DNA of 61,723 nucleotides, the filler included, from Deltaproteobacteria bacterium (GTDB taxonomy: Bacteria > JACQOV01): the NCBI GenBank assembly GCA_016202395.1. It is 3 parts of 3 records of this genome, joined end to end, with 100 filler letters (N's around TTAATTAATTAA, not from the genome) between each part and the next. Parts side by side here need not be neighbours in the genome. Positions count along the whole stretch, not along the records: positions 44,620 to 61,723 come from JACQOV010000045.1; 2 more parts are not named here. One strand, written 5' to 3'. The notes under the pieces were generated by a model. It was not told the DNA's origin. It saw only the letters and a list, made by a program, of their open reading frames with translations, and searched no databases. The position numbers and the translations under genes were made by a program. Below, one piece after another: positions 58,931-61,723 of this stretch. The first letter of the stretch is position 1, and each line of letters begins with the position of its first letter.

Positions 58931-60373
58931 TTATCTTGAATGCAACGCCCCTCGGGTCGCTACCTGAAAGTCAGGATAGGCCTCATTGCCATGCTCACCG
59001 ATATCGAGCCCTTCTGACTCTTCTTCAGCGCTCACTCGAATGCCAATGGTGTACTTTATGACGAGCCAGGCCAAAGCCGCAACGACCAAGGTAAAGGCTC
59101 CTACTGTAACAACGCCGGTCAATTGGGTCATCACCGGAGACCATCCCCCTCCAAAGAAGAGGCCATCCTTCACCGTATTGGAAAGAATCGAGGCCTGACC
59201 AAAGAGCCCCACGGCTAAGGTCCCCCAAACACCGTTGACTAAGTGAACCGAAAGCGCCCCCACCGGATCGTCAACACGAACCTTATCGAAGAAAAGAACC
59301 GCAAAAACCACTAAAACACCAGCCACTAAACCGATAATCACTGACGAGCCGACACTGACGAAAGCACACGGCGCCGTAATCGCCACAAGCCCTGCAAGAC
59401 ATCCATTTAAGATCATGCTCAAATCCGGCTTCCCGAGCAGCAACCAAGCGGCAATCGTAGCGCTTAGAGTAGCCGCTGCGGCAGCGCTGTTGGTCGTCAC
59501 CGCGATTCGGCCAATGTCGGACCAAACCGCAGCCATCGTGCTCCCTGGGTTAAATCCAAACCAGCCGAACCACAAGACAAATACGCCTAACGTCGCTGCG
59601 GTCATATTATGACCAGGGATCGGACGAACCGAGCCGTCGGGGGCGTATTTACCGATGCGCGGTCCGAGGAGGATCGCCCCCGCCAGCGCGGCCCAACCAC
59701 CTACCGAGTGCACAACTGTTGACCCTGCAAAGTCCCAAAACCCTTTCTGAGCAAGCCATCCCCCGCCCCAGATCCAATGCCCTGTGATCGGATACATAAT
59801 TCCAACAAGGATGAAAGAAAAAATAATGAAAGACAAAAACTTGACCCTTTCAGCAACCGCTCCAGAGACAATCGTTGCGGCAGTTCCCGCGAAAACAAGT
59901 TGGAAGAAAAACTTGGCCCAGATCGGAACCCCGGTCCAAGCGATCGAGGAATAAACCCCATCGTAGGCGCCTCCGGTGGCAGGACTGTTGTCAGCCCCAC
60001 CCACAAACCAAAGCCCGTTTAGGCCGAATAAACCATTTCCGTCACCAAACATCAATCCCCATCCAAGGACCCAAAAAGCGATAGACGAGATTGCGAAGAC
60101 GATGAAATTCTTCGACAGAATGTTGACGCAGTTTTTACTGCGGCACAGCCCCGACTCCACCATCGCAAATCCTAGATTCATGAAGAAAACCAGGAAAGCC
60201 GTGAGCAGCGTCCATACGGTATCGGCAGCAATCTTTAAATCCCCGGTCATTTGGGTTATCGCAGCCATGGGGTCGACCATCTCTTCTTGAGCCAGAACGA
60301 TCGCTGGCAGTAGAAGAGCTAGCACGCCCGCCGGAGTGAACCCCTTTAAAAATCCTCTCCATTTCATGATCAA
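58931..60373 (-). CDS. amtB: Ammonium transporter
   Basis: SGAVAER, DFAGSTVVH, GWFGFN, DDPVGALSVH. Confidence 0.97.
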   Translation of the reverse strand: MIMKWRGFLKGFTPAGVLALLLPAIVLAQEEMVDPMAAITQMTGDLKIAADTVWTLLTAFLVFFMNLGFAMVESGLCRSKNCVNILSKNFIVFAISSIAFWVLGWGLMFGDGNGLFGLNGLWFVGGADNSPATGGAYDGVYSSIAWTGVPIWAKFFFQLVFAGTAATIVSGAVAERVKFLSFIIFSFILVGIMYPITGHWIWGGGWLAQKGFWDFAGSTVVHSVGGWAALAGAILLGPRIGKYAPDGSVRPIPGHNMTAATLGVFVLWFGWFGFNPGSTMAAVWSDIGRIAVTTNSAAAAATLSATIAAWLLLGKPDLSMILNGCLAGLVAITAPCAFVSVGSSVIIGLVAGVLVVFAVLFFDKVRVDDPVGALSVHLVNGVWGTLAVGLFGQASILSNTVKDGLFFGGGWSPVMTQLTGVVTVGAFTLVVAALAWLVIKYTIGIRVSAEEESEGLDIGEHGNEAYPDFQVATRGALHSR

Positions 60374-60462
60374 ATCCTCCCTACTCGTTGAGTGTCATTA
60401 AAATCGATTCTAAGGATCGCCAGGCCCCCCAATTTTGGGGAGCCTGACAACCTTCTTAACCA

Positions 60463-61578
60463 TTAAAACGCATACAGAACGTTTAGAGCAATCGTGTCTT
60501 GGCTGCTTTGTGCCGTACCATCATCCTTGGTGAAGATGTTATCGTCCGCCTTGTCATGACGATATTCGGGGCGAACCACCAGATCCCCCATCTTGTACTC
60601 CGGCGTTAACGTGATCTCCCACACATCGGTTTCTTGGCCGAGAGTGGTGGCAGCAATCCTCGTATCATCGTCATCTCCAAAGAGCTCCCAACGGACATTC
60701 ATCGCGCACATCTCATTCATCTGATACCGAGCATAGGCCGCGACCCCTTTCCAAATGGCATCACCCCCTGCGTCCACATTGCTCGAATCCATCTCCCAGC
60801 CATAGTCATAGTTGAGCATCAGCGAGAGATCCTCTCCTAGACTAGCAGAAGCAACGACATCGATGACACGGCGTCTTAATTTATCATTCCCTGCTTGCTC
60901 CGCGCCATCAATCCAGTTGATCGTGAGGTTGGCCCCTTCCATGGGAGTGATTGAAGCGGCGAGATGATAGGTCTTATCTTTGTTATTATCATCCACCACA
61001 TCCCAACCATTCACCAACATCGCTTTCACTGTTACCCTGTCATTGATGGGATAGGTCGCATGCAACCCGGTGTGTGTGAACGGAATGGCATAACCAAAAA
61101 GAAGGGAACGAGAATAGTTCCAATTGTAACCATCGTACCCTTCAATGACCTCAGCCCCCAAATTGGTGATCATCTTTCCAAACATGAGAGACAATCCATT
61201 CCCTACCGGAGCTAAATAACTGACATTGGCTTGTTGAACATCAATCTCATCCCCACCGGTGATTCCAACGACTCCACCAGAGGTCGATAACGCAGGGATC
61301 CTGAAGCCGTAGGCCACATCTAGTCGATACCCTGCTCGGCTCTCGGGTGTGGCATCATTCACAAATACGATCTCTGCTACGTCTAGGCTTAAGGTGTTGT
61401 GCCGACTATCAAAAACGCGCGCGTCGTTAGTGCCATCAATGGGATCATTGAAGTTCCAAAGATAAGCCCCGGACGCAAACCCATGGATATCTGGCATGTG
61501 CGAATCGGCAAAGCTTAAGCCTACCATTAGCATCAAACCAGCAATCCCCCCCACTACTGTTAAGATTGACTTCTTCAT
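60463..61578 (-). CDS. Outer-membrane beta-barrel porin (DUF1597/BBP2-like)
   Basis: Signal peptide, NWNYSRS..PFTHTG, NGWD, RPEYRHD, C-terminal YAF. Confidence 0.8.
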   Translation of the reverse strand: MKKSILTVVGGIAGLMLMVGLSFADSHMPDIHGFASGAYLWNFNDPIDGTNDARVFDSRHNTLSLDVAEIVFVNDATPESRAGYRLDVAYGFRIPALSTSGGVVGITGGDEIDVQQANVSYLAPVGNGLSLMFGKMITNLGAEVIEGYDGYNWNYSRSLLFGYAIPFTHTGLHATYPINDRVTVKAMLVNGWDVVDDNNKDKTYHLAASITPMEGANLTINWIDGAEQAGNDKLRRRVIDVVASASLGEDLSLMLNYDYGWEMDSSNVDAGGDAIWKGVAAYARYQMNEMCAMNVRWELFGDDDDTRIAATTLGQETDVWEITLTPEYKMGDLVVRPEYRHDKADDNIFTKDDGTAQSSQDTIALNVLYAF

Positions 61579-61632
61579 ACGGTTCTCCTCCTCATTTAAG
61601 TTAGGTTATAGATGCACTGACACGATGTGTTA

Positions 61633-61648
61633 TGCAATAATCATGCCA
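61633..61648 (-). promoter_or_regulatory. Sigma54 (-24/-12) promoter
   Basis: Minus strand TGGCATGATTATTGCA (GG-N10-GC), 54 nt upstream of the porin start. Confidence 0.8.
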
Positions 61649-61723
61649 GAAAGTCAATAAAATCATTAAATATTTAAAGACATTTTAAAATCAATGTGTT
61701 AAGATAATTTCCTCGCCAAAGGA

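Overview
The window is three unlinked contigs joined by artificial N-TTAATTAATTAA-N spacers (29651-29750, 44520-44619), so adjacency across the spacers has no biological meaning. Gene content suggests a Gram-negative, deltaproteobacterium-like genome (inference). Contig 1 (1-29650) holds two ~90%-identical copies of an unannotated, highly base-paired ~0.4 kb element, a HAD phosphatase, a nitrite/sulfite reductase and a surface-polysaccharide locus (wzi, waaF, gmhA, hldE, algC, SLBB export protein, RfaH/UpxY-type antiterminator, wzz). That locus continues into a compositionally distinct cassette for a GDP-heptose-derived sugar with C-methyltransferase, CmcI-family and TPP-dependent enzymes. Contig 2 (29751-44519) holds an M36 protease with eight N-terminal repeats next to a rearranged lambdoid prophage. 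The prophage retains a lambda-like cosQ/cosN, terS, terL, gpW and portal but no capsid or tail module, and also has a promoter-double-terminator leader, an IS1595 scar, a degenerate Fic gene and a replication module. Contig 3 (44620-61723) holds four tRNAs (tadA reads into tRNA-Ser(CGA) and follows its substrate tRNA-Arg(ACG)), a feo operon, hicBA, leuCD-aroF-ileS-lspA, REP-type palindromes and a sigma54-driven porin-amtB-PII-glnA cluster. The best novelty candidates are the structured repeat element, the head-less cos-terminase-portal module, the heptose-modification cassette and the tadA/tRNA overlap. All family calls come from motif recognition by eye, not database searches.
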